A DNA stretch of 64,000 nt from an uncultured delta proteobacterium (GTDB taxonomy: Bacteria; Myxococcota_A; Polyangia; Polyangiales; JAFGIB01), in NCBI GenBank assembly GCA_963778655.1, contig CAVZVA010000010.1, positions 1,632,001 through 1,696,000 on the forward strand, in the 5' to 3' direction. A program made the translations under genes and the position numbers. The first letter of the stretch is position 1. The number at the start of each line of letters is the position of its first letter. The notes under the pieces were generated by a model. It did no database searches, was not told the origin of the DNA, and saw only the letters and a program-made list of their open reading frames with translations. This document shows, one piece after another, positions 1 through 12,953 of this stretch.

Positions 1-177
1 GTCCGCGCCGCCGTTGCTGCTCGCGCCGCCTGCGCCCGCGCTGCCCGCGTCCGCGCTGTCTTTGTGACTCGGCCCGCCGTCACCGCCGCTGCCGGCCGTC
101 GCCGTGTTCTTGCTCGCGCAGCCGAGCGCGCCCACCAACAGCGCCGCCGCGCCCACCGCCCATGAAGATGCTCGCAT
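1..177 (-). CDS. Lipoprotein with Gly/Ser-rich linker, 5' part only (runs off the window edge)
   Basis: Manual translation from ATG at 177: MRASSWAVGAAALLVGALGCASKNTATAGSGGDGG. Lipobox ALGC; GGAG RBS upstream; not in the ORF track. Confidence 0.7.
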   Translation of the reverse strand, partial: MRASSWAVGAAALLVGALGCASKNTATAGSGGDGGPSHKDSADAGSAGAGGASSNGGAD

Positions 178-461
178 CGTCCCTGCTCCCCTGGTTGGAC
201 AGCATAGCCTGGTGAGGGCGGCCGGGCCGCTGCGCTGGCGGCGACCGCGCCGGTGCACTGTCGCGGTGCGACGACATGTTGGCGCGGTCGAGCAGTGCGC
301 GGGCTCGCGATTCGCCTAGCTTCAGACCTGGGTTGCGGAGGTGTCTTTGGCTGGTCGCCGTCTCGAGAGCATCTCGAGAGCTGCGCTGCGCGTAGCTGCG
401 CTGCGCGTCGCGCGGGCGCAGCGCCGAGGCCTCGTGCCGATTGTCGCGGATGTCTTGGAAC

Positions 462-1661
462 ATGTTGAGATCATTGGAGATCGTGGCGACTTCCGGAGCG
501 GCGTTCGTGCTCGCTCTGGGCTGTAGCAAGGCGCCTGCGAAGCAGGGCGCTGCGCCCTCTGGCAGTGGCGGCACAGGCGGGCTTGCGAGCGGCGGGAGCT
601 CGGGTGGATCCGGCGGCGGGGGCGGGCAAGGGCCTGGCACCGGCGGCGTCGGGATGGGGACTGGGGGCGCCGGGGCGGTCGTGCCCGTCGGGGGCGGCGG
701 CAGCTCCGGCGGCAGCGCCGTCGGGGGCGGCGGCGCAATCGCCGGCGCGGCCGGGTCGGGCAGCGGCGGCGAGGGTGCAGGCGCCGGGGGCGGGGGCGAA
801 GGCGGCAGCGGCGCCGCTGCCTGCAGCGGCAAGCCGGGCATGCTGCGCGGTAAGACCGATCAGATGGTGATGGCCGGGGGCGCGGCGCGCACCTTCGTGT
901 TGTACGAGCCGAGCACGCTCGATCCGAACAAGCCGGCGCCGCTGGTGGTGGTGCCGCACGGCTTCACGATGACCGGCCAGGACATGTTCGATATCACGGG
1001 CTACGACAAGATCGCCGACCGCGAAGGCATCGTCACCGCCTATCCCGATGGCGAGGGCGCGACGCCGTGGAACGTGGGCGACGGCATCTGCGGGCTTGGC
1101 GCATTCGTCGCCGCGACCGGCGACGATCAGGCCTTCATGAACGAGCTGATCAAGCTTATCGAAGCCGATCAGTGCCTCGATCATGACCACATCTTCATGT
1201 CCGGGTTCTCGATGGGCGGGTACTTCTCCAACGAGACCGGCTGCGTGAACCCGAGCTTTCGCGCAGTGGGCCCGCACTCGGGCGGCACCCACGACCTCAG
1301 CGCGTGTGCCAACAAACACGAGCCGGTGATCATCTTCCACTTCAAGAGCGACTCGCTGATCGACTACATGTGCGGCACGGACGCGCGCGACAAGTGGGTC
1401 GCGCACAACGGATGCGATCCGAGCGCGCCCGACGTGACCATGGTCAGGGGCGGCAGCTGCGAGTACTACAAGGGCTGCCCCGCGGACGGTCAGGTGGCGC
1501 TGTGCTCCTTCGACGAGCCGGCCGGCGGCGGCGGGGAAACGATCACGGGCCACGCCTGGTCCGGCGGCGCGCAGAGCGGCTCCGGCGCAGGCTTCGCCAT
1601 CCCGCAGACCGAGAGCGCCACCGAGCTCGGCTGGGCGTTCTTCAAGAAGTACGCCTGGTGA
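462..1661 (+). CDS. Lipoprotein alpha/beta-hydrolase (PHB depolymerase/LpqC-like esterase) with Gly-rich tether
   Basis: Lipobox LALGC, about 100 aa Gly/Ser linker, PLVVVPHG, AYPDG, nucleophile GFSMGG, GHAW His motif. Start could be 450 or 462. Confidence 0.8.
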   Translation: MLRSLEIVATSGAAFVLALGCSKAPAKQGAAPSGSGGTGGLASGGSSGGSGGGGGQGPGTGGVGMGTGGAGAVVPVGGGGSSGGSAVGGGGAIAGAAGSGSGGEGAGAGGGGEGGSGAAACSGKPGMLRGKTDQMVMAGGAARTFVLYEPSTLDPNKPAPLVVVPHGFTMTGQDMFDITGYDKIADREGIVTAYPDGEGATPWNVGDGICGLGAFVAATGDDQAFMNELIKLIEADQCLDHDHIFMSGFSMGGYFSNETGCVNPSFRAVGPHSGGTHDLSACANKHEPVIIFHFKSDSLIDYMCGTDARDKWVAHNGCDPSAPDVTMVRGGSCEYYKGCPADGQVALCSFDEPAGGGGETITGHAWSGGAQSGSGAGFAIPQTESATELGWAFFKKYAW

Positions 1662-1743
1662 GGCGAGACGCGGTTCGCAACCAGTACCTACGGCGCGATC
1701 GCGCGTGCGCCGGGCCAGCGGGCGCGTGCTAAAGTCCCCCGCC

Positions 1744-2754
1744 GTGGGTGCATCCGAGGCCGCTTCCCAGCCGTGCTACGCCGTGCGCTTGGTGCAGCCT
1801 TTCTTGCGCGTGCTGCGTGCCGCGCCGGGCTTTCCGATCGAGGTGCTGGCGCCGCTCGAGGCGCTCGATCCCGACGAGCGGCTGCCGATCGCCACCATGC
1901 ACGAGCTGCTGCAGGGGGCGCTGGCGCTGACCGGGGATCCCGATCTGGGGCTGAAGGCGGCGCGCGAGATCTCGCCCGGCGACTACGGCGCGCTCGAGTA
2001 CGCGGCCTCGTCGGCGGCCACTTGGGGCGAGGCGATCAACGTGAGCGCACGCTATCTGCGCCTGGTCAACGACGCGCTGGACTTCTCGCTGCGGGTCGAG
2101 GGTGGCAAGGCGTTCATCCAGCTCGACAGCCGCGTGGTGCTGCCCAGGGCTGCGGCCGACTTCCAGTCGGGGGCATTCCACGTCAGCTCGCTGCGGCTGC
2201 GGCCGCCCGGCTTCGACCCGGCCTACGAGGTGTGGTTCACCCATCCGCTCCCGCCCAGCACCGAGCAGTACCAGCTCACTTTCGTCGGCGGCAAGCTGCG
2301 CTTCGACGCGCCGTTCAACGGCTTTGCTTTCGACAAGGAGCACCTCGAGATCCCGCTCGGCACCGCCGACCCCAAGTTGCACGCGCTGATCCGCAAGCAT
2401 GCCGAGCGCCTGCTCGCGGAGTTGCCCAGGGCCGAGAGTGTGACCGAGAAGGTGCGCGACCTGATCGCCAAGGAGCTCGAGGGCGGCAATCCGAACGTGG
2501 CCAACATCGCGCGCCAGCTCCACATCAGCCCGCGCACGCTGGGCCGCAAGCTCGAGCACGAGGGCACCAACTTCAAGGAGCTGCTCGACGACCTGCGGCG
2601 CAGATTGGCCCTGAGCTACGTGGGCGGGCACGATCTGGGGCTGGCCGAGATCGCGTTCCTGCTCGGTTTCTCCCAATCGGCTGCGTTCCACCGCGCCTTC
2701 AAGCGCTGGACCTCGGTGACGCCGCTGGAATACCGTCGCGCCCGCCGCGGGTAG
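1744..2754 (+). CDS. AraC family transcriptional regulator
   Basis: C-terminal double HTH ([16 protein letters not shown]...[31 protein letters not shown]) with an N-terminal ligand-binding domain. Start codon uncertain. Confidence 0.92.
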   Translation: MGASEAASQPCYAVRLVQPFLRVLRAAPGFPIEVLAPLEALDPDERLPIATMHELLQGALALTGDPDLGLKAAREISPGDYGALEYAASSAATWGEAINVSARYLRLVNDALDFSLRVEGGKAFIQLDSRVVLPRAAADFQSGAFHVSSLRLRPPGFDPAYEVWFTHPLPPSTEQYQLTFVGGKLRFDAPFNGFAFDKEHLEIPLGTADPKLHALIRKHAERLLAELPRAESVTEKVRDLIAKELEGGNPNVANIARQLHISPRTLGRKLEHEGTNFKELLDDLRRRLALSYVGGHDLGLAEIAFLLGFSQSAAFHRAFKRWTSVTPLEYRRARRG

Positions 2755-2842
2755 CTTCCGCTCAGAAGCGTCCAGGAGCGGCTTACCTCCTCGGTCCGGT
2801 CCTGCGGGGGCGCTCGCTCCTGAAGGCTTCTGCGCGGAAGCT
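2753..2842. repeat. Long imperfect inverted repeat (28-bp arms) downstream of the AraC gene
   Basis: agcttccgctcagaagcgtccaggagcg versus the reverse complement of cgctcctgaaggcttctgcgcggaagct: 3 mismatches. cagaagcgtcca recurs at about 2853. Confidence 0.75.
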
Positions 2843-2950
2843 CGCTGCTCGCCAGAAGCGTCCAAGGGCGGTCTGCTCGCCATGGGTGCGGTGCGGCTCT
2901 CGATGTATACTGCGCGGCGCGCGCACGGTCGCGCCGAAAGGGAGGACGAG

Positions 2951-5009
<2,059 letters not shown>

Positions 5010-5013
5010 GCGG

Positions 5014-5331
5014 GTGGCGGGCTGGCTGTCGCGGTTGCGCGGCGCGCGCACGCCGCGGGTGCGAGTGCGGGTGGTGATCAAGGGACGCATCGGCGAAGGG
5101 TGGCAGGACGTGGACCGGGTGCTCACGCTGCAGCCGGGGACTACGCTCGCGACGCTGTTCGAGCACGCGGCGCGCGAGGGCATTCCGCTGCGCGACGCGG
5201 TCGACCACAGCCCACACCTGCGCCACACCCTGATGTGGAACGGCGAGCGCTGCCCGGTCGACGAGCACCTGCAGCGCGCCCTGCAGGACGGCGACGAGCT
5301 GTACTTGCTGGCACCGCTCGCCGGTGGCTGA
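5014..5331 (+). CDS. MoaD/ThiS family ubiquitin-like sulfur carrier
   Basis: WNGE...[16 protein letters not shown] with C-terminal GG; directly after AOR, a common pairing. Confidence 0.85.
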   Translation: MAGWLSRLRGARTPRVRVRVVIKGRIGEGWQDVDRVLTLQPGTTLATLFEHAAREGIPLRDAVDHSPHLRHTLMWNGERCPVDEHLQRALQDGDELYLLAPLAGG

Positions 5332-5387
5332 GGCGTCGCGGAGGCACCCGCGCGAGGCTACGGCGCGCGGCACGGCGGCAAATCGCC

Positions 5388-8300
5388 CTACTTCAGCTTC
5401 ACCAGCAGCTCCTTGGCCTCGGTCGCGTCGACCATGCGGCAGAAGCTGGTGAACGCGCCGTAGTCCTTGACGGCGACGCGCAGCACCGGTAGCTCCAGCG
5501 TGCGCTCGATCACCAGCGCGTCCTTTTCGAAGCGGCTGCTCTGGGTGAAGCGCGGCCGGCCGGGAATCGCGGCCTGCAGCGTCACTGCCTCGGGCGCGGT
5601 GGGGCGCGTCGCGGACTTCGGCAGGTGGATGCGCAGCACCACCTGCAGCTCGAGCGGATTGGGCACCAGCTCATCGGTGGTGCGTTGCGCGAGCTGAGCG
5701 TAGCTCTGCGACAGGTGGGTAGCGAGCATCGCTGGCAGCGCCCAGCTCTCGCCCAGCTTGCGCCCGAGCGCGCCCAGCGCGAAGCCGTACTCGAGCTTGA
5801 CCGCCTCGGCCTCCTGCTCGCGGCCGCTGATGCGCAGCGAGGTCAGGTGCGCGCCGGGCAAGAGGCGCGCGACGTACTCCTCGCCGAAGCGCCGGTTGAG
5901 CTCGGCGGCCGGCACGCTCTCCAGCTGGCTGCGCCAGGAGACCGCGCCCACCCCGCGCAGTGTCTCGACCGCGCTGACCTTCGCGCTGCCGTCCTGCGCC
6001 ACCGAGATGTCGAGCTCGACCCGGCGCAGATCCTCGCCCGGCGCGCCGGCGGGCACGTTGACCCGTTCCGCGCTCGGGGTGAGCAGCAGCGCGGGCTGGC
6101 CTCGCAGCAGCGGCGGAACGTAGCCGAAGGGCGCGTAGCGCTCGACCGTATAGAGCCATACCGGGGCATGCGGCCCCGCGAAGGTTACCAGCAGGTGCTC
6201 GTAGGTGTCCCCGTCGGCCATCTCCGAGGGCGTGGTGTCGGAGCTTGCGCTGCGCACCAACGCGAGCTTGGCCGGCACGCCCGCGAGCTTGAGCATGTAC
6301 GCGAGCACGCGCGCGCGGTTGCCGCTGCGCGCGCGCAGCATCACCGCCGCCTGCGAGAACATGTCCTGGTTGTTCTCCACGTGCGCCAGCACCCAGGCGT
6401 ACAGGCGCTGCGCCCGGCGCAGATAGTCGCCCGGATCGGCGTCGCCCACGATCTGCTGCACCAGCGCGACGATCTCCGCGTCGTAGACGTCGCGGTCGGC
6501 CAGGGCGTCGCGAATGCTCTCCACGAACATCGGCCAGCTCGCGCGCGCTGCGAGCCGCACCGAGGGCAGGTACTCGCGCACCGAGACCGCCCCCGGCTCG
6601 GGCTTGAGCGGCAGGCTCTGGTCGACGTGGAAGTCGAGCACGCGCAGGTCGCCTTCGATCCGCTCCTCTGCGCGCGGGGCCGGGCCGCGCGGGTCGACCT
6701 GCAGCTGCATGTCCTTGGGCGCGACCACAATCATCTGGCTGTGGTCGAAGGGAATCTCGAAGCTCTTGAAGTAGAAGCGGTCGCCGGCGTAGCCGCCGGG
6801 AAAGGCGTCGGAGGGGTCCTTGTAGTCGATGTACTCGAATTCGACGTAGTCGCCCGGCGTCACGGTGGGCAGCGAGATCTCGTCCTTGCCCTCGATTTCG
6901 TCGGGCTCGAGACGCCGGCCGTCGGGCTTGATCGTCTGCAGCTTGAGCACGCGCGCGCCTTCGGGCACGCGCACCTCTGCCAGATCGTTGACCGCCTCGT
7001 CGCTCTGCGCCTTTTGGATGCTGTGCACCAGCTCCGCCGAGGAGCCGTCCTCGAACACCCGCACCGCCATGTAGTCGAACACCAGCACCTGCGGCGCGTC
7101 ATACTTGCGGCCCGAGGCCTCGAAGCGCTTGATCACCTCGGCGCCGTCGACGCGGTAGCCGTCCAGCACGTGCTTGCCGCCGAACACCGGCGCCAACCGG
7201 TTGAGCTCGGTCATCGAGGCGCGCTGGCTCTTGAGCGCGCTCTGCAGGGCCGCCAGCGCGCCCGCGTCATCACCGCGCGAGCCGAGCAGATCGACCTGCT
7301 CGAGCGCGCCGCGCGACGAGCGCGGATAGAGCTTGCGCAGCTGCTCGATCTGCTGCTCGACCGCGTGCTGGTCGCCGCGGTTCTTGGCCAGCTCCAGGCG
7401 CGCGAGGATCCACGGATAACGGTTCTGCGGCGGCTCCAGCGCGGCCAGCCGTTCGAGCTCGGTCTGGGCTGCGTCCCAGCGCCGCTCGCGCAGCAGCAGC
7501 CCGTAGCGCGCATTGGCCCGCGCCTCGCAACGCTCCAGTGCCTCGGCGACCTTGGCCGCCTGCTCCTCGCGCCGGCGGTTGCGCAACGCGTCGAGCTCCG
7601 CGGAGAGCGGCCCGCACGCGTCGGGCACGAGCTTGCGCAGCTTGGCGATGACCGCGTCCGCCTCCGCGTCCCAGCGCTCGCCGCGCAGCAGCTGCGCGAG
7701 GGCCAGGCCGATCGCCGGCACTTCCGGAAAGCGGCTCATCTGCTCACGCAGCGATTCGATCGCCTCCTTGGTGCGGCCGTTGCCCGCCATCATGTTGGCG
7801 AGCTGCGCGCCGGGGTGCCACAGGAAGGCGTCGCGCTTCTGCGCCGCGGCCAGCACCCTGCGCGCATCGTCCTCGCGATTGTCGCTGGGCAGCAGGGAGT
7901 CGCTCAGCAGCATGCTGGCGCGCAGCAGCAGCAGCAGCGGCGCTGCGTGGCTGGTGGCGTCGACCCCGTCGAGGATCTGGCGTTCGGCCAGCAGATCGCC
8001 GCGAACCGCGGCCACCGCGGCCCGCGCGTATACCGCGAAGCCCTCCTGCGACTGCGGCCCGAACGGCAGCGCGAACGCGTGCGCGTCGTCGGGGCGGGCG
8101 GGCGCGAGCGCGAGCGCGAGCGCCGGGTTGGGGTGGCGCGTGGTGAGCTTGATCGTGATCTCGTGGCGGCCCGCACCCAGCTTGAGCGGCAGGAAGATCA
8201 CATCGGGCGCCATCTCCTGGCGTCGATCGACCCGCAGCACGGAACGACCGTCGATGAACAGCTCGGTCGCGTTCGGCGATTCGAAGCGCAGCGAATAGGC

Positions 8301-9108
8301 GCCGGCCCGCGCCAGCTCGACATAGGCCTGCGCGTAGCTGGTGCCGCCGGCCGCCAGCGGCCCGCCGCCGAGGTTGACCGAGCAGCCGCGCGCGCCGAGC
8401 TCGCGCGTAGGCTGAACGCCGCGCCCCGGGCCCAGGTCGTAGCTGTCCGCGAGCGGCCGGCCCGGACCGGCGGCCTGCTCGACGTCGAAGCTGAGCAGCT
8501 CGCGCGGTCCGAACGGTCCGATGCCGCGCAGGTGCGTCACGCAGCCCACGCCTTCGGCCAGGCGCTGCGCCGCTGCTGCGATCGCCGCGGTGGTAGGCCA
8601 GCTCGCTGAGCAGGGAGGCCACCGCGTAGCGCGGCGGCAGCGCGAGCTTCGGGTCGGCCAGCACGCGCTGCAGCGCCGGCTCGACCTTGGCCACGTAGCC
8701 AGGCACGCTGCCCTCGAGCCCGCCGATCGCGTGCGCAGCCAGCTCCGCCAGCTGCGGAGCGATCTCGTCGCGGGAGTGTTGGCTGAGCGCGAGCGCGTGT
8801 AGATACGCGTCGAGCGCGGAGGCCGGGTGGCCGTGCGCGTCGTTGTACAAGCCCGTGGCCAGCCACAGCCGCGCGCTGCTCGGGTCGCTCTTGAGCGCGC
8901 GTCCCAGCTGCTCGCCGGCGTTGGCCGGGTCGCCCCCGTAGGAGAACAGCTCCGCCAGCGCGAGACGGCGCTGCAGCGCGGCGTCCTGCGGCGAGGCGGC
9001 GGCGTCGGCGCGCAGCGTGGTGATGTTGACTGGGTGCGAGAGCCGCGCGCCGCAACCGAGCAGCAGCGCACACGCACCGAGGGTTGCGACAATTGCGCGC
9101 GTCTTCAT
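5388..9108 (-). CDS. Large lipoprotein: TPR + DUF3857 + transglutaminase-like domain (catalytic Cys absent); frameshift near 8575-8580
   Basis: N-terminus MKTRAIVATLGACALLLGC (lipobox) is in ORF 7744-9108. It continues in ORF 5388-9092 from AAAQRLAEGVGC, with TIKPDGRRLEP and PGDYVEFEY (DUF3857-like). Start overlaps the upstream stop (ATGA). Confidence 0.75.
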
Positions 9109-12100
9109 CGCCGTTGGTCCTTACGCATGCCGATGCGCTGCTTGAGCAGTTGGTCGGCGGCCTCCACCCAGCGCCGGAAGGCCGGATAGTCCTCGCGCGC
9201 GATGCGATCGCGCGTCACCTCGAGCTCGGTGCGCGCGCTGATCGTGCCGCCGTCTTGCGAGAACCCGAGCCGCAGGTGGCCGAAGGGCGAGCTCGCCTCG
9301 CCGCCCGGCGGCAGCGCGACGGCGTGCATCCCGGCAGGTACGCGTACGTTGCGCACCTCGATGTAGAGGCGGTTGCCCTCGAGATCGAGCGGGTGGACGC
9401 GCTCCGGAAGCGGCGCCATCTCCTGCACCAGGTCGTGCAGCACGCTCGGTTCCACGCGCAACTCGTCGCCGTCCCAGTGCGCCAGCTGCGGCACGGAGAT
9501 GCGATAGCCGAAGCGCACCGGCTGCTCCAGGCTGTCGAGCGAGTCGAAGTGCTGGCTCTCGAGCTTGAGGCCGGGGTAGAGGCCCGCCAGGTTGCGCTCG
9601 AAGCGCTCGGCTCGCGTACCGGGCGCCTGATAGTACTCGCGGTAGCCCGCGGCCTCGGCTCCGGCCACCACCTCCTGGCCGTCGATCTTGGCCGAGCCGT
9701 CGGCGGCGAGCTGCACCTGCAGCGTGCGGGTGCGCTTGTCGTTGCGGGCGGCGTCGAACACCGGCGTGGTGTGGAGCTCCGCGCCCTTGGGGCCCACCAG
9801 CAGCACCGTCACGCCCTGGTCCTGGACCGGCAGCTCGTCGGCGCCGCTGTGCTCGGCGGTGCCGTCCAGGAACAGGTCGAAGGCCGGCACGTAGGTGATG
9901 GCGTGATCGAAGATCGCCAGCGACGCCGGCTGATCGCTGATGGCACCGTTGTGCCGGGTACGCGTGAGCGCGATGCGCGCGTCGATGCCGGCCTCGCGCA
10001 GCATGGTGTACAGCAGCGAGGCCTTGTCCTTGCAGTCGCCGAAGCCGCGCTGGACGATCAGCGGGACGCGGTAGGGCATGAAGCCGTGGATGCCGAACTC
10101 GAGCCCCACGTAGCGTGTGTTCTGCACCACCCAGTCGTGGATGCGATCGACCTTCTCGCGATCGGTCTTGGCGTCGGCGCACAGCTTGTGCACCGTGCGC
10201 TTGAGCGATTCGTCGGCGTAGAGCTGGTCCTTGATCAGGCCCCAGTACCAGCGCCCCACGTCCTGCCAGCTCTTGTAGGTCGAGACGTGCAGATAGGCGG
10301 CGGTCTCGGTGATGCCGGGCATACCGCCCTCCGACACCACCGCCGGTACGTCGTTGGCCGCGAAGTAGTCGATGCGCCGGTTGCCCAGCACTTCCTGCTT
10401 GTGCGCCAGGCCGGGCAGCGGCGATTCGTTCATGTAGAACTGGCGCGAGGCCGGCGTGATCAGCACGTACTCCGAGCGCACCACCGGCGCTGCGCCCTGC
10501 CACACGTGCAGATCGCCGTAGTAGTCGGCAAACAGGTTGCGGTGCGCGATGTCGTCCACGCGATAGCGCACCTCGACCACGTCGCCCGGCTCGAGGTCCG
10601 GGAACACCACGATCAACGCGCGCGTGTCGTAGTAGATGCGGTACCAGGGCTCGCCCAGCTGCTCCTCGGCGGTGCGCACCGACTCGAGCACATGGCCGTC
10701 CTTGCGATACACGCGCGCCAGCCGCAGCTCCACCCGCTGGCTGTCCGGATCGTACTGGATCGGGAAGGTGCGGTACTGGCGCGCGCCCTCCTCGTCATGC
10801 ACCTCGACCGCGTGCTGGTGGAAGCTCGAGCCCAGGCCGTTGTCGAACACGGTATTGACCGTCAGATCCATCAGCACGGTGGTCGGATACCCCGGGGCTT
10901 TGCCCCGCGAGGCGAGGATCTTGTCCGACGCCATCGCGTAGGCCTCGTCGTCGCGCCGCTTGGGCTTGATCTGCTCGAGCAGCTCGCGGGTGGCGGCGTC
11001 CTGTGGCTTGAGCGCCAGCGCGCGCGTGAACGCCTGCGCCGCCAGGTCCGGTCGCTCCGCGCGCAGCAGCGCGCGCCCGTAGGCGACCAGGATCTCCGGC
11101 GCCTCGGGCACCAGGTCCATCGCGCGGCGATAAGTTGCGAGCACCAGGTCGTCTCGGCCCAGGCCGTCGTAGAGGCGTGCGATCGAGAGCAGCGTGTCCG
11201 CGGCGCCCGGGGCGAGCTTGGCCTGCACGTCGATCTGGTCGAGCACCTCGGCGGTGGCCCCGCGCTGCAGCGCGTCGGTGATCAGCACGTGGCGCGAGCT
11301 CGAGTCGTCGAAGCGCAGCGCGAGCAGGCGCTTGCGCGCAGCGATCGACCCGTCCTGAGCCCCAGTCGCATTGTCGAGGTCGGCCAGCTGGCGCAGCAGC
11401 CGCACGCTGTCACCGAGCTTGGCCAGCGCGTGCTCGATCGTGCTGCGTGCGGTCGCCGGCAGGTCGAGCTCGCTCAGCACCTGCGCTTTCAAGCTCTGGG
11501 CGGCTGGCCAGCTCTGATCGCCTTCGGGGATGCGCGCGATCAGCGGCAGCGCGTCCTCCGGCGTGGGGCCGGAGGCGCGCACTTTGGCTTGCAGCAGCAG
11601 CGATTCGGGCGCGTCCGGGAACAGCTCGGCGGCCTTCTGCGCGAAGCGCATCACCTCGGCGCGCTCCTCGGCCAGCTCGCTCGCCAGCCGCAGGTTCTCG
11701 AGCGTGGGCGCCAGCTCGGCCGCGTGCGCAGCGAGCTGCTTGGCGCGGCGCTCGGCCGGATCGTCGGAGCCGGTGTCGTGCAGGTAGCGCGCCAGCTGGG
11801 CCAGCGCCGCGGGGTCCTCGGGCGTGCGCTTGGCCGCCTGCTCGAACGCGGCCAGCGGCAGCAAGGGCGGCGCGGGCAGCTTCGTGCCTGGCTTGACCGG
11901 TGTGATGTCGAGCGCGTCGTCGCTCTTGGTCTCCACCCGCAGCGCCTTGGCCGGCGAGCCGTCCGCCTCGCCCAGACGCAGCGAGAAGCCCCAGGCCGAG
12001 CCGGTCACGCACACCTTGACCAGCACTCGGTTGGCGCCCTTGCGCGCGCCGACCGTGGCCACGCTGCGGTCGGCGCTGGGCAGGCGGTACGCGCTGTCGC

Positions 12101-12842
12101 GCAACACCTCGACGCCGTTCCAGTACACCTTGGCCGCGCCCCCGGCGCCCAGGAACAGGGTAAGCGGCCGCGCGCGCTCCGCGTATACGAAGGTTTCCGC
12201 CAGGCCGCACACGTTTTCGCGCGGTCGCAGGATCGCGCCGAGCGAGACGTAGCCGCGCCGCACGATCTCAGGGTAGGTGCGCCAGCTGACCGGGCGCTCG
12301 CGGCCCGGGTAGCTGGCCTGCAGGTCGGGCGCCTCCATGCGCTTCTGCTCCGGCGGCGTCTGGGTGTCGAAGCCGGTCTTGCCCTCGTTGTCGAAGGGCC
12401 CGATCACGCGCCAGCGGCTGACGAAGCCGAGCTGCTCGAAGGGGGCGCCCAGCGCCTCGCTGTCGCCGAGCCGCGCCTTGGCCTCGGCCAGCATGGTCTG
12501 CACCAGCACGTGCAGCGGTGGCGCGAGCCGCCGGTCGGCGGCGAGCTTCTGCAGTAGATCGCGCGTGACCGCCGGACTGGCCTCGTCCCAGCGGTCGAAC
12601 AGCGTGAGCAACGGCAGCACCGCCTCGGGCTTGTTGCCGAGCTCCGCCACGCGCTCGGCCAGCTTCTGGTCGTCGGCGTCGAGCGGGTTTTCGTCGGCGC
12701 GGGCGGGCGCGGCCCGCAGCACCGCGAGCACGCACAGGGCGAGCGCCGCGCGGAGCGCAAAAGGGGGCGGCCCGGCGTACGAGGAGAGCTTGGAGCGCGT
12801 CACGGTGGGCGACAGCGTAGCGAGCGGCCTCCTATGCGACAA
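9105..12842 (-). CDS. Secreted TPR + DUF3857 + transglutaminase-like protein with intact Cys-His-Asp triad
   Basis: Signal peptide, WRVIGPFDN, TPR-like helices, FPDLEPGDVVEVRY, WVVQNTRYVGLEFG, RGFGDCKDKA, FDHAI, FLDGT. Confidence 0.88.
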   Translation of the reverse strand: MSHRRPLATLSPTVTRSKLSSYAGPPPFALRAALALCVLAVLRAAPARADENPLDADDQKLAERVAELGNKPEAVLPLLTLFDRWDEASPAVTRDLLQKLAADRRLAPPLHVLVQTMLAEAKARLGDSEALGAPFEQLGFVSRWRVIGPFDNEGKTGFDTQTPPEQKRMEAPDLQASYPGRERPVSWRTYPEIVRRGYVSLGAILRPRENVCGLAETFVYAERARPLTLFLGAGGAAKVYWNGVEVLRDSAYRLPSADRSVATVGARKGANRVLVKVCVTGSAWGFSLRLGEADGSPAKALRVETKSDDALDITPVKPGTKLPAPPLLPLAAFEQAAKRTPEDPAALAQLARYLHDTGSDDPAERRAKQLAAHAAELAPTLENLRLASELAEERAEVMRFAQKAAELFPDAPESLLLQAKVRASGPTPEDALPLIARIPEGDQSWPAAQSLKAQVLSELDLPATARSTIEHALAKLGDSVRLLRQLADLDNATGAQDGSIAARKRLLALRFDDSSSRHVLITDALQRGATAEVLDQIDVQAKLAPGAADTLLSIARLYDGLGRDDLVLATYRRAMDLVPEAPEILVAYGRALLRAERPDLAAQAFTRALALKPQDAATRELLEQIKPKRRDDEAYAMASDKILASRGKAPGYPTTVLMDLTVNTVFDNGLGSSFHQHAVEVHDEEGARQYRTFPIQYDPDSQRVELRLARVYRKDGHVLESVRTAEEQLGEPWYRIYYDTRALIVVFPDLEPGDVVEVRYRVDDIAHRNLFADYYGDLHVWQGAAPVVRSEYVLITPASRQFYMNESPLPGLAHKQEVLGNRRIDYFAANDVPAVVSEGGMPGITETAAYLHVSTYKSWQDVGRWYWGLIKDQLYADESLKRTVHKLCADAKTDREKVDRIHDWVVQNTRYVGLEFGIHGFMPYRVPLIVQRGFGDCKDKASLLYTMLREAGIDARIALTRTRHNGAISDQPASLAIFDHAITYVPAFDLFLDGTAEHSGADELPVQDQGVTVLLVGPKGAELHTTPVFDAARNDKRTRTLQVQLAADGSAKIDGQEVVAGAEAAGYREYYQAPGTRAERFERNLAGLYPGLKLESQHFDSLDSLEQPVRFGYRISVPQLAHWDGDELRVEPSVLHDLVQEMAPLPERVHPLDLEGNRLYIEVRNVRVPAGMHAVALPPGGEASSPFGHLRLGFSQDGGTISARTELEVTRDRIAREDYPAFRRWVEAADQLLKQRIGMRKDQRR

Positions 12843-12953
12843 GGAAAGGAATTGGGTCTTCGAGGTCGGCCCACCGCGAGCGTCCGCCGCGCGCCGCGCA
12901 GCCAGCGCAGCGCACGTGGAGGGCTTGCGGGCGAGCTTTCGCGCGCTATGGGC

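Noticed and set aside
8570..8590. Programmed frameshift in the second DUF3857 gene (also near 20940)
   Set aside because: No slippery heptamer seen; a single-base sequencing error is more parsimonious given other indels.
5625..12557. Very long plus-strand ORFs (5625-8609, 9084-12557) and similar ones (46085-49219, 59810-62572, 20689-23640)
   Set aside because: Antisense or alternate-frame shadows of motif-bearing genes, typical of high-GC DNA.
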